From contig NEEC01000019.1 in the NCBI GenBank assembly GCA_002189035.1, positions 868,001 through 932,000 of the forward strand: a stretch of 64,000 nucleotides of DNA, given 5' to 3'. A model generated the notes under the pieces. That model was given only the letters and a program-made list of their open reading frames with translations, had not been told where the DNA came from and searched no databases. Source of the stretch: Utricularia gibba. Taxonomy: Eukaryota > Plantae > Magnoliophyta. Within the stretch, counting starts at the first letter, position 1. The number at the start of each line of letters is the position of its first letter. Positions 12,064 to 25,577 of the stretch are shown piece after piece. Position numbers and translations under genes: made by a program.

Positions 12064-13243
12064 ACTTTTGGAATCCGAAAATGTGATAGATTCAAGGCAA
12101 TCGGGTGTGTTACAATGTAAGAAAATGGGAGTGTGTTGTAACAACCCAAGTCCTTGTAATTTATTGCAACAGAACCCGACCCAGATGCATTACCATGTGC
12201 GTGTTGTCCGAAAAAAGAAACGATCTTTGAGATATTTTTTGAGTAATGAAGAAGATTTGTTAGTTACCAGAAGCACAAGGCGAGCTACTCACTTTCCTAC
12301 TGTTAAAAAGCAGAGTCTCCTTTTTAAGGGTCATGAGCTTCCTTCTAAAACCGTCGCCTAGAAAAAAACCGACACCCCTCATCGGTGGGTGCCCATTCCG
12401 ACCAACCACAGCAGCAACGTGGTAGCAAAGCCCCTCATAGAAAAATTACAAAAAGTACGCAACATATTTAAATTCATTTGACAAAATATATTTACTCATT
12501 TGCAAAATATCTCAATTTTCAACATTATCGTAAATTAATATTAATACATTTGCAACTTTTAATAAGCATATTAATATGTCTTTTTATTTAGAAAAAACAA
12601 ATATTTCATTCTCAAATTTAGAAATCCTGGTATGAATAATTATGTATTTTTATCAATTAAATAAATGCTTAATCAATTAAGTTAATTTTTCTTGTTTTTA
12701 TAATAAAAGTAATTAATTTTATTAAATTAAATATTCGCATAAAATAATAAACTCAATTACGTAAGATTTTGATTTTTTTAATTAAATACCAATCAATAGA
12801 TATAATATTTTATTTTGTACGTTTAGAATGGATATAAATATTTTATAAAAAAACACTCTAATTCCATAAATAAAATATATAATTCATTTGATTATATATG
12901 TTTAATATAATCAAAGTTCGAAAAGGAAGAAAAATATAAATATATATTTTTTGAAACTTAAGAATGAATTATTGTTAATGAAATCATGAGTTATTTTTAT
13001 TGATATTTAAAAGATTAATTTCTTTGAAAAATATAGTATAATGTATTTATTATCGATACTAAATGTAATATAAAGTTAATTTATAAATAAATTTAAAATT
13101 AATGTATATTACAAGGATCTGAATAAATATTAAAGTAAATTACCAATATATTAAAAAGTGAGGTATTTTGCAAATCGCAAGCCCTCCTGTTGCTATATAT
13201 ATGTGTGTGGAGATCGAAGAGACGAATCACAGTTACTGCCAAC

Positions 13244-13546
13244 ATGGGTCTGAGCGGCAAAGCTACGATTCTGGGCCTTGTTCTTTTGGTCGCCATCGCC
13301 GGGGTCGCCGATGCGCAGGTGGTGTGCAAGCTGACCATACCGGAGCTGCTGGAGTGCAGGCCTGCGGCCACCCCTCCCAATCCCCCGCCACCGTCGGCGG
13401 CCTGCTGCTCCGCCCTGGGCCACGCCGACTTCGGCTGCCTCTGCGGCTACAGAACCTCTCCCATCCTGCCGGGCCTCAACATCGATCCCGATCTCGCCCT
13501 CCAGCTTCCGGGCAAGTGTAAGATACCCAACGCACCTAAATGCTAA
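13244..13546 (+). CDS. DIR1-like non-specific lipid transfer protein, 100 aa, intronless
   Basis: Signal peptide plus the eight-cysteine motif VCKL..LLECRPA..PPPPSAACCSALGHADFGCLCGY..IDPDLALQLPGKC..PKC. The likely start is ATG 13244. Confidence 0.92.
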   Translation: MGLSGKATILGLVLLVAIAGVADAQVVCKLTIPELLECRPAATPPNPPPPSAACCSALGHADFGCLCGYRTSPILPGLNIDPDLALQLPGKCKIPNAPKC

Positions 13547-15960
13547 GATGCGCGTTGGACGAGGAGAATGAGAATAACAAGTGTGTTCAATGTCAGTCGG
13601 GTACTAAACTAAACTACTATTGCCACCCTGCCCAAAATCTCATGCTTTTCTGTCTGATCAAGCATCAACTATGCGAGTAATGAAGATTATCTTATGTGGG
13701 AAAATTTAGGTTATTAATGATTAAATAAATTATTATTTATATATTTATCATAAAAATTTGATAGGTGATTTTGATTTATCGAAAACATTATATTTGGTTG
13801 ATGGATATTAAGAGATTAAATAGAATTATAAAATGTTATTAGAATTGATTTTCAACAAAAAGAACGAAACAAAAACCATTAATTATATGAACGGGTGATT
13901 TAGAAAAATGAACACGATGACTCTATTTCTCACATATCAATTTTTTATGCATACGATGGTAAAATTTCTGATAAATCCTAGATGAGTCAGTTGTTATGAC
14001 TCTATTTTATGTTGTACTTTTTCCATCGTCTCGCAATGTACTGCATGTGGCTCCGGGACTGGTTCAGAGTGTATACGCAAAGCCCATCTTCTGGGATGAC
14101 AACCAATCTTGGATCGGTGGAGGTTGGCACCCGCTTCAAGTCTCCTGTCTTTCTGCCGGTGGATGCATCCCCGGTAATGCGAGGTATGATGGGACGACGG
14201 CAAAAATCCGACAAGGAAGGAGAGTTGGGCGCGGAAGCTTTTTGTACAAGCGAGCAGCCAGCCCATGGGTTGTCGTCCAGTGACTCCCAGCATCGAGGTG
14301 TAGTACCATCCCTGTCACTGATTCCATTCCCATACCAGATACCCATTTGGCTTTCCTGCGAGTAAGCTGCCGGCCGTTTCGGACATTCACCGGACGGGCC
14401 ACCCTCCCAGCCACAGGCCTCTTCCTTCCGGCAATCCCGGAGAAGGGGATTCGAAGCGCCACCGCTACTTGGTTAACAGACGAAGGTTGACAATTTGAAG
14501 AATTTTCCCATGTCATTTTCTGGAATAGTGGGAGAGCAACAAGCACAGATTTTCACGCGAATAAAGAATCCCGATTTTCCCAAGTACCTCATCGGTTTTT
14601 ACTAAATTAATTTTATTTAATATTGGCAAGCTTTAATGAAACATGAAATTAAAATTTAAAAATTAACTTTATAATTGATTTAATGTATTAAATTAACGGT
14701 TTAATTATTTTTAAATAAAAATAACTAAAAAATTATAAAAATATATTTTGTGTTTGAGATCTATATTACATATAATATAAAATAAAATTGGGTAATTAAT
14801 CATATTTATTAAATTAGAAATAAATATTAAAATCTACATAAATGTAATATAATCATTTTAATAAATTTATGGAACAGAATATACTCATAATATTCACCTT
14901 TTGCATGTTCTAAAAATATATTTATATTATCACATTAAATTCAATAATAATTTAATTTTTTTAATTATATAATAAAAAATTGATCATTATCTTATAATTT
15001 ACTTGTATAATCTCAGAACTATTTTTATTTAAAAAAATATAATTGAATTATTTTGAACCACGAATCATATTTCAGATAACCATCAATATATATTCAACAG
15101 AATTACAATTGTATCGTAATTAAATTTGTTATGTGTCAATCATTTATTATAAATATTGAATTAAATTCGATAAAACTATCGTATAATTGATTTGGATCCT
15201 GAATAATTCATGAAATTAGTTCACGGTTTTTTTGATTATTTAAAATGTTGATGGACCGTGAGATTCAAAATTCGAATTTTGGGGATGTCGCCGATTTTCT
15301 TCATATATATATACAATCTAAGATTCTTTTACAGGTATTTTTTAAAGCAAAAAAATTGTTAAAAATAGTATTTATTAAAACCCAACGAGGGAGATTATTG
15401 AAAGTACCGGAAACAGGTACCAATAATAATTGAGCATAGCTCGGCGCGGCTCGGCTAGCTGCGGCGACTGCTCCGCTGGGCAGGGCAGCAGCATTTTATT
15501 GATCAGCGGGCCCACAGTCAATTAAAGAAACTTTCCATGTCACAATCATTTTAATTGACACCACCCCACACATGTCCAAAAGCTTTTTTTGAATTTCCAT
15601 TAATTGCAACGTAATTAAGGAACCGTTTTATGCGAATTTTTAAGAAAACAAATTATTAAATCAACGGAAAATAACAAATTGTGGTCACTGTGTCACTTTA
15701 CTTGAAAGTGGTCCCTGGCGCATGGGGTTTTGGGACTGGTGGACTGCGAGGCAGGGAATCAAAACCCGAGTGCACAATTTTCGAAGCCCTTGTACCTCTT
15801 CCATTATTACTACGACTACTTTTTCACTGTTCATGACGTCACCAGTTGTGTTCGGGATTCTCACTTCCCATTCCGGTAAAAATGGGGGGACTTCTTAATA
15901 AAAATAAATTTAAAAACAATTAAATTTTACAAGATTCAAGTGAAAGATGGGATTTTATTC

Positions 15961-16349
15961 AGTTTAAGGTCGCGCTTAATATTACGTAGAATAAAAATTA
16001 ATTTTAAGATTTTATAAATAGAATCAGTTTAAAATTATAAAACTATTTTATGGAATAACATAAAATTATATTAATAAATTAATAAAATAATGTATATTAT
16101 AAATTTTAATACATTAAATTATTGTATAATTTAATGTGATGATATAAATATATTTTTAGAGTATACAGAAATGAATATGATAATTTTCTAATTAATCTAT
16201 TATTTAATCTCTAAACATAGATTTACGAAATTCATAATTTATGAGTTTAATCACATAATATGAATTTTTAATTTATTGCAAATGACTAAAATTTAGAATT
16301 CTCAAAATTAAATAAAATCATTTTAAAAAAAATATTAAAACAGAGCAGG
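15961..16349 (+). repeat. Dispersed AT-rich repeat family A, copy 2
   Basis: Colinear with the 11730 copy. Ends in AAACAGAGC. Confidence 0.6.
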
Positions 16350-18039
16350 CGCATTTTGATTTCGAAGGTGATTGAATTAAAAAAAGCAAATGAACAGTGA
16401 AAAAAACATTTATCAAAATATTTATAATTAAGAATTCGGACACGATTCGATCATGATTTAATATCGTTTGACCATATTTTAATATTTTTATAATAAATTG
16501 TTTTGAAATGATTCAACCATGATGTAAGTCGATTGACCCTATCAAATTATAAACTATTTATAGAATTATTTCATTTATTTTTTTTACAATTTAAAATACT
16601 ATTTATCGGTCATGTTCTTGCACACGAAAAGTCCCCTCGAGTCACGGGTAAAGTAAAACCCGGGAAGAAACCGTGACCGGGAAATCCCCTGAGATCTTGT
16701 GGCCCAACGCGAGCTGAGTCCTCGCAATCACCGGCTTCGTCGGTGGCCACGGCGGAGAGCACGCACCTGCGCAAACTTGTCTTATTGACCTTTTTTTCAT
16801 CTAGCGTAATTTGTAAGAATGTCGAATTTAAAAATAATTTATTTTATTTATAAAATACCGGTAGCGGACGTCGTTGTGTCGAGCTGGCAGAGTAAGAACG
16901 AGAAGCTGAAGACAACATGGGGCGCCTGTATGGTGGTGTGGCCATGGCCATGAACATGGTCATGGTCATGATGTTACATGCCACATTTGCGTGCCGGTGA
17001 ATGGGAATTGAAGGAGACGTGACACCCAACATAAATTCTACCATGATTTACTTTATTTATTTTTACTGGCTTTCCGTGAAGCTCATCCACAACCACAACC
17101 TCATGCATATGTTGATGATGTACCATGCTTTTACCATTCAATGGCCATGTCATGTCGGTCGCACAAGGATCAAATGTGTGGTGGCCCACTCTTTCCATAG
17201 AATATACATATTTGAAGTGGGCCGAAGTCCCCTTGACTGCGGTGGGCCAGGGTCAACCCTTTTGACTGGCTCGGCTCATGGATGACGGGTGGGTTTGTCC
17301 CGTTTCTATTTTGATTAAAAAAATTATCCTTGTAATTAAAAAAATATATATCTGATTTAGGAATTGGAGGGACACGATTATTAGAATTTACCATTTTTAA
17401 AAAACATGAGAAGAACAACAACCAACGAGGGCCGTTAGATCTCCCCTTCGATCGTCGTGGGGCCTACTGCTTTCAAAACCCTAGTCCTCCGCAGCCGACA
17501 CCGACACCGACACGCCCTTCTTGATTAGGTTTTATTTATTTATTTTTTATTTTGATTTAATGAGGGATTTTTGAAAGGGTCAATTTATTGGTACAAAAAA
17601 AAACAATATTTCACATCAATAAATAAAAATACAACAAGAATCTATGTTTATAACCTAATATGGTTCGATGGGTTCGAGCCACTGGAATAATGAATACAAC
17701 AATTATTTTTTATTATAATTTATAAATATATTTGTTTATTTCTTGTTTTATCTATTATTTTATTATAAAAGTATCAATCGGATAGATAGATAAGTTTTTC
17801 AATTAAAAAAACAGATGTCAAGTAAGAAAAATAAGAATAAATAAGTAAATCCTAAATAGTGTGCGAAGTGATGTAAATTGGTATTTTTAAACAATTATAT
17901 AAGTTAATTATCATTTTTTAATTCTGTATTTAAAAGTAGTAATTTTTTACTATTTTTCATCAAAGAAATAAAAAAATGGTAAATGAATGATATCTTAAAT
18001 GGGAAGAACAATGATTGGCCTATTCTTTAATTTAAAACT

Positions 18040-18385
18040 TTATTTTAAATTATATAGAATAGACATAGTTTTAAAATTATGTAAGTAGAATTATTTTTAG
18101 ATCGCAAAACTATTTGTGAGATAACATAATATTATATTATAAATTTAATAAAATAAAATAATTATTATAAAGTTTAATATATTATATTATTATATAATTT
18201 AATGTTATGACATAAATGTATTTTTAGAATAGTTAACAATTTAATATAATTTTTATAATTAATATTTTATTTAATCCTTATGAAGTTTATTATGTAATTT
18301 CAATATATAATTTTACTATGTAACGTTTAAAGATTAAATTTTAAAAAATTAAACATAATCAATTCAATAAAAAATATAAAAACAT
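18040..18385 (+). repeat. Dispersed AT-rich repeat family A, copy 3
   Basis: Contains the same core (TATATAATTTAATGTTATGACATAAATGTATTTTTAGAATA) and the same block order. Confidence 0.55.
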
Positions 18386-19575
18386 CACCGATGACGTGGG
18401 GAATAAAAGATTGGGGTGATTATTAAAAAAACAGTTTTTTTAGTGAAAGACGGTCTGATTTGACTGGGGGCGATTCTTGCATTATAAAGAATAGTTGGAC
18501 TTGGCCCATTAATTTAATTATTTTAAAAATGGTGAGGTTACGTGTATCGTACAGCTAGCGGAAGCCGAGGCCTGGGAATCCCTAGCCGATAAGCCCGCCA
18601 TATCTGCACGGGGCCCGGGCTATCATGCACGTTATCGCGATGATAAGAAGCTGTACGTCTCTGGTGATAAGTAGGGTGGCTTATCTCCGTCTCTGAGTTG
18701 CCTGCTCCGAAAAAAATCTCCTATTATCTGCGGAGTAGTGTCGGTGTTTTAAGACATTTTCTTTCTTCCCAACCATAAATAGAGAGACGCTCTTGAGGTA
18801 TATATACAGAGAGTGTGTTTCGCACCTCTCCCTCTGTTCTGTTCAATTGGGTCGTGGTCGCTCTCCCTCCACGGATCTCCCTCGGCTGTACTTTTTCTTC
18901 ACTTATTTCTTCCGCTACAGGGAAATACTTGCATCTTGGGATGTTTCAGTTCAAACTGGGTTTGAAAAAGTTGTTTTCTTTTCTTTTGTGTAATTGGAAA
19001 TTTTGATAGGCCTTCTTTGTTTTTACTCTATGAGTGTTAGTTAATACGCCAACAAATTATTGACTTTGCTTTTTTTTTTTTTTTGTTGGGTTACTTTTTC
19101 TCTTGTTTCCCCTTTTCTCGCATCTGGGATTCTTTCGGAAGCTCCTTTCGCCGTCCTGATACGTTGAATTTGGGATTTTTCCGTTCTTTTTGAACCTTTG
19201 AAATCTGTATTTTCTGTGGTGGGCGTGTGCTCATCTGTTGCCAAGCCTGGAGTTTCTCTGTTATGAGATTAATTCCCATTATCCTGTGTTTGTGTATGAT
19301 GTTTTCCCCTCTTTTCCCAGTTCTTGTCTGATTTTGTTTTGCTATAAATGTTAAGTGGTTGGTGTTTGTCGGAATTTAATCTATTAGCGAGTTGCTTCAT
19401 CGATTTTTTTTAAAGAATGGCATGTTTGCAATTAAATAAGACCACTAGTAGCTGACCGTTTCATTAATTGTTTTTTTTTCTCTGTTCCTCTCTTCCCTTA
19501 TAATAGTTTTCTTCTGGGTCTTCGCAGATCTGTTACTGAACGTATTTTCTGAAGTTTGAACAAGATTTTGCTGGA

Positions 19576-22500
19576 ATGTCTTCTCTCAGTAGGGAGCTCG
19601 TTTTCTTGATCTTACAGTTTCTCGATGAAGAGAAGTTTAAAGAGACTGTTCACAAGTAGGGACTTCTATTATGTAGCTTTGAAAGTCGTTAGGATACAGT
19701 AATGATTATGCCATTGTTCTACCAGGCTTGAACAAGAATCTGGGTTCTATTTTAACATGAAGTATTTCGAAGATGAAGTGCAAAATGGTAACTGGGAGGA
19801 GGTGGAGAGATACCTCTCTGGATTCACTAAAGTGGATGATAATCGTTACTCGATGAAGATATTTTTCGAGATTAGGAAACAGAAGTATCTTGAGGCTTTG
19901 GACAGGTAAAAGTAGAATTGGGCTATCAAAACTGTGTCTTGTTATTTAATCAACCTTATTGTACATAGGCATGATCGTTCCAAAGCCGTTGACATCCTTG
20001 TGAAGGATCTTAAAGTTTTTGCATCTTTTAATGAGGACCTCTTTAAAGAGATTACGCAGCTTCTGACCTTAGAGAACTTCAGGTATTTTTGAAATATCAT
20101 GTATAGTCAAAAGTATTTGGAAGAGAGGATTCATTTGAGATAAGTATGCTGTTGCAGAGAAAATGAACAGCTTTCCAAGTATGGGGATACCAAATCTGCA
20201 CGCTCTATGATGCTTGTTGAATTGAAGAAGTTGATTGAGGCAAACCCATTATTTCGTGAAAAGTTACAGTTTCCAAACCTCAGAAGTTCGAGATTGAGAA
20301 CCCTGATAAATCAAAGGTGCGTGCCAATCAGTTGCATGTTCTTTCTAATGCTTTTGAAAAGTGTACTGAAAATGATTTAAGATACTTTTTGGTGGTGTGA
20401 CTTATCTCCAATAAAAAAGATGAAGTTTGTTTAACATGTCATGGATCTTCTGAACCCTTTGTTAAGATACTACCTCCTACTGTTGTGCTTCGTATACTAA
20501 CCTCATGTTTATCCATTTTCAGCTTAAACTGGCAGCACCAACTGTGCAAGAATCCTAGGCCAAATCCAGATATTAAAACTCTTTTTGTTGACCATTCCTG
20601 CGGGCAACCAAATGGTGCACATGCACCGTCCCCGGCAAACAATCCCTTATTTGGAGGAGCTGTGCCAAAACCTGGTGGTTTCCCTTCTTTGGGTGCTCAT
20701 GTGGTTGGTGTACGCTATTCTAGAACCTGTTTCTTTTTCTAATATCCTTGTGGTACATAATTGATGTCACCAATTCTTGATTACATGGCAGCCGTTCCAG
20801 CCTGGTCTGGCACCAATTCCAACTCCTCTAGCTGGTTGGATGTCTGCTCCACCTGCAGGAACTCACCCTTCTGTTTCTGGTGGGCCTATAGCTCTCGGTG
20901 CACCACCGATACCTGGTACATATTCTTCAACAGAATTCATATGTGATGCTGGTTGTCTTTGTAACAATTCTTTTCTGCTTCTTGCTATATGCAGCCGTCC
21001 TCAAGCATCCTAGGACTCCACCAGCAAATTTATCTGTTGATTTTCCATCTGCTGATTCAGAACATTCAAGTAAAAGGGCTAGGCCATTAGGAATCTCTGA
21101 TGAGGTAATTAACTGCTTTCTGTTTCTGAACTTCTATTGGATTGTAAAAACTTGGGAAAGTTTCTGTTCCTGAACGTAAATGGGGTTATGCAGGTGAATC
21201 TTCCTTTTCCTGGACATGTCACCCACAGTCTGGGCTCCAATACCCCAGATGAATTGCCTAAGACGGTAGCACGCACATTGAATCAAGGATCGTCTCCAAT
21301 GAGCATGGATTTTCATCCTGTCCAACAGACTCTGCTTCTAGGTTGAACTTTAGCTCTCAGTTGAAAGTTTTGATTTTTTTTGGGTGGTTATTAACTTGTT
21401 ACACTTCGTGGGACGCAGTTGGCACCGATGTGGGTGATATTGGGTTGTGGGAAGTTGGCTTGCGTGAGAGGCTAGTTCATAAGAACTTTAAAGTTCGGGA
21501 TCTGAGTGCTTGTTCAATGCCTTTACAGGTAACATTGGTGTTGATCATCATTTGCTCTGATCCTTTTTTTTTTTGACTTTGAACTTAGCTTGGAGATGTA
21601 TGTTTTGCTATTGTGCAGACTGCCCTGGTGAAAGATCCAGGTGTTTCAGTGAATCGTGTGATATGGAGTCCTGATGGGTCTTTGTTTGGTTGGGATTTTT
21701 TTTTGTACTTAAATAGTATTTCTTTTAATGAAGTCATCAAAATCTTAATGTTTTATCTTAATTCAACAGGAGTTGCGTACTCAAGGCATCTCGTACAGGT
21801 TTTCTCTTATCATGGAAATGATGATGTCCGTCATCATCTGGAGGTATATACATATTTTTTTCTATAGCGAATAGTAAGAAGCATTCTAATATTTTATCTG
21901 ATTCTGGCAGATTGATGCACATGTGGGTGGTGTCAATGATATCGCATTTTCAGTCCCCAATAAGCAACTTTGTGTTGTAACCTGCGGAGATGACAAGCTT
22001 ATCAAGGTTTGTTGAATATACTTAATAATATTTGTGACTGCATGTTACCAAATGGAAATATGTTAATGTGAGTGTCTGTGCCTAGGTGTGGGATGCCTCT
22101 AATGGTGCTAAACTATATACATTTGAAGGCCACGAGCACTCTGTGTATTCAGTCTGCCCACACCACAAAGAGAATATTCAGGTGAATTGAGTGATTCAAC
22201 AACTTTTTTTTTCCTCTAATGATATGAAGTTTCAAGAGAGATCCTTTTTTTTACTGATTATCGCTTCTTTATTACCTTAATTAATCATGTATTTGCTTGG
22301 TTCGTAGTTCATATTTTCTACAGCATTAGATGGGAAGATTAAGGCCTGGTTATATGACAACCAAGGATCTCGAGTGGACTATGATGCGCCAGGTCGGTGG
22401 TGCACAACAATGGCATACAGTACTGATGGGACAAGGTAGGGATGATCTGAAGGGAAAATGTTCAGTGTTGCTGTCAGCGTATTCAACCAAGTTTCAAACT

Positions 22501-25028
22501 GAAATTTTCTTGCTTAGGCTTTTCTCTTGTGGGACAAGCAAAGATGGAGAGTCACACATTGTTGAGTGGAATGAAAGTGAAGGAGCTGTGAAAAGGACAT
22601 ATCAAGGTTTCAGGAAGAGGTCTTTGGGGGTTGTGCAGTTCGATACATCTAAAAATAGGTACTTGGCTGCGGGTGATGACTTCTCCATCAAATTCTGGGA
22701 CATGGACAATACTCAGCTTCTGATCAGTAGTGATGCAGATGGAGGTCTTCCAGTGAGTTCTTATAAATATATTGCGGGCGCCTGCTCATTAATGTATTAT
22801 GCAGCAGAAGTTTCTCATTTGCTATAACAATTTTCAGGCCAGTCCACGTATACGTTTCAACAAAGATGGCAACCTCCTGGCTGTTTCTGCCAATGAAAAT
22901 GGAATCAAGATATTAGCAAATACTGATGGTTTTCGGATGCTACGGACGTTTGAAAATATCACATTTGATGCCCGGTCTGAAGCAGTAAAGGTATTTGCTT
23001 CTTTTTTGTGTTGTTTCTCAGTGTTGCATGATGAACTTTTTTTCATTTTCTCAGCCTGCTGTGAACCCAGCATCTGCAACAACTGCAAACAGCACAGGAC
23101 TTGCAGAGCGGTTATCTTCAGCTGCTATCTCTGCAGTGGTTGGCATTGTTTCCTTTTCCATCGATTATTATTCTTTACCTTTCAAATGTCTCATGTTCTG
23201 TGTGTTCTATCTTTTAAGAAGGTGGAGTCCAGAAATCTTGCAGATCTAAAGCCTAGAATGTCTGAAGAAACTAGTGATAAACCAAAGATCTGGAAGCTGA
23301 CTGAAATTACTGAACAATCTCAGCTCCGTTCCTTGAAGCTTCCTGAAAATCTAAGAGTAACAAAGGCATGCATGCACCATTCACGCCAACATTTCATTTT
23401 TCCCATTTGAAACCCTTCTGTTTTAGTAGGATCGGTCTAACAAGCTGCTGCTTTGTTTGCTGCTGTAGCAGATATCAAGATTGATATACACAAATTCTGG
23501 AAATGCTATACTTGCATTAGCTTCAAATGCAATCCATTTACTCTGGAAATGGCAGCGAACTGATCCCAAGTCAAGTGGGAAGGTTAGTTGTGATATATCT
23601 GCCTTTTGAATGCTCCTGTTTATGAAAAAAATTAAAATAGTGTCGGCTTTTCAGGCAACTGCCAGCGTGCTCCCGCAACTATGGCAACCATCGAGCGGAA
23701 ACTTGATGACCAATGATACGGCGGATTCAAACCCAGAGGAAGCTGTTCATTGCTTTGCTTTGTCCAAAAATGACTCGTACGTAATGTCAGCATCTGGAGG
23801 AAAGATTTCTTTGTTCAACATGATGACTTTCAAGGTGATACATAGAGTAGATCGTTGGCAGCTTCCTTCGTTTTGCCGATGACATCTCATGTTTCTTTTA
23901 TGATTCAGACAATGACCACGTTCATGCCTCCGCCACCAGCTGCAACATTTTTGGCATTCCATCCGCAAGATAACAACATTATAGCAATTGGAATGGATGA
24001 TTCCTCTATTCAGATATACAATGTTCGAATTGATGAGGTAGGGACTATCTCTTGAAAAAAATATGGGTAGTAGAAAGCAAGCACCTTAAGCTGTTTTTTT
24101 ATTGCAAAATCGCTCCTTTTCAGGTTAAATGTAAGCTGAAAGGTCACTCTAAAAGAATCACTGGTCTTGCTTTCTCACATGTACTAAGTGTCCTGGTTTC
24201 ATCGGGTGCTGATGCTCAGGTGAGAAGCTTATTCATAACGTGTTTGTGATGTTTGAAGAATGCATCGATTGAATATTTCCTGGTTTCAAATTTTCTCACA
24301 GATTTGCATATGGAATTGTGACGGATGGGAGAAGCAAAGATCAAGAGCCTTGCAACTCCCACCCGGAAGATCACCAATTGTGCAGTCTGAAACTCGTGTT
24401 CAGTTTCACCAAGATCAAATTCACTTTCTAGTTGTGCACGAGACACAGCTTGCTATATATGAAGCCTCCAAGTTGGAATGCATAAAGCAGGTAACTCTTC
24501 TGTTTCCTAGTGGGATAAGTTCATTTCCTCCCGTTCATCCCTCATGAATTCTGTTTCTTTGTCAGTGGACCTCTCATGAATCCTATGTCCCAATATCGCA
24601 TGCGGCGTTCTCATGCGACAGCCAGCTTATATATGCAAGTTTTCTTGATGCTAGTGTTTGCATTTTCACTGGCATACATCTCCGACTACAATGCCGTATC
24701 AGTCCAGCTGCTTATCTGCCTTCTAGTCCCAGGCAAGTCTCCTGAATCTTGTTTAACTGCACAATGCGTGGTAATGAAGCTTCTATCTCCCTTGTTTTTA
24801 TCCCACAGTTCCAGTGTGCACCCTCTTGTGATAGCATCTCATCCACATGAGCCGAATCAGTTTGCGTTAGGCCTTTCTGATGGTTCAGTCCAAGTCATCG
24901 AGCCCCTGGAGTCAGAAGGCAAATGGGGTCAGCCACCACCCCTTGAAAACGGCAGCTCCACCATCGTTATTCCTTCAAGCTCTCCTTTAGTTGGAGTAGG
25001 TTCCACGTCAGATCAACCGCATCGATGA
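19576..25028 (+). CDS. TPL: TOPLESS / TOPLESS-related transcriptional co-repressor (LisH-CTLH-WD40), multi-exon
   Basis: Starts MSSLSRELVFLILQFLDEEKFKETVHK|LEQESGFYFNMKYFEDEV. Contains SLNWQHQLCKNPRPNPDIKTLFVDHSC and WD40 repeats through HPLVIASHPHEPNQFALGLSDG. The exons inspected join in frame. The exact paralogue (TPL vs TPR1) is not resolved. Confidence 0.95.
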
Positions 25029-25577
25029 TTAACCATCCATGAACCTGGTAGCCATTCCATCTACACCTGGAATCAGCAGCTTCCACGGCAGCACTGCAAA
25101 GCAGAAACGTGAATCAACACTTGGGCGGTGAGTGTAAGCTTTCTTTCAAGCATTTTGTGAGTTTTCGCAAGCTTGTGCTGAAGATAGATACATGCATACA
25201 TATTGTATGTACATTAATCCTTTTGGTATCGTCCATCCGCTATTCTTCTTTCAGTCTGCAATCAATCCTTTTTTCTTTTTCAAGAACTCTCTAACATCTT
25301 GGTTTGTGGTAAGTCTTTTGAAGTAGTAGATACTTTGATAAAGAAAAATACAGCATTTTTCTGAGCAGTCCTTTCTGTTGGAGGATCAAAGTGGTTCGAC
25401 GGATATGGAGATGAATATTGAACCTCTGGGCACGGTTCCTAACCATTGAGCATCTTTCCAACCTCATGCCGGTACTGTACAAGTAAACTACAGTGCTGAG
25501 GTGCACTGACAATGCTGCACATGTATATAATGATGGAGATGCTGAAGAATACAGAGTTTTGTGGTCACATGCTAATC

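Noticed and set aside
17660-17685. tRNA T-loop-like GGTTCGAGCC
   Set aside because: No cloverleaf, D-arm or A-box in the flanking AT-rich sequence.
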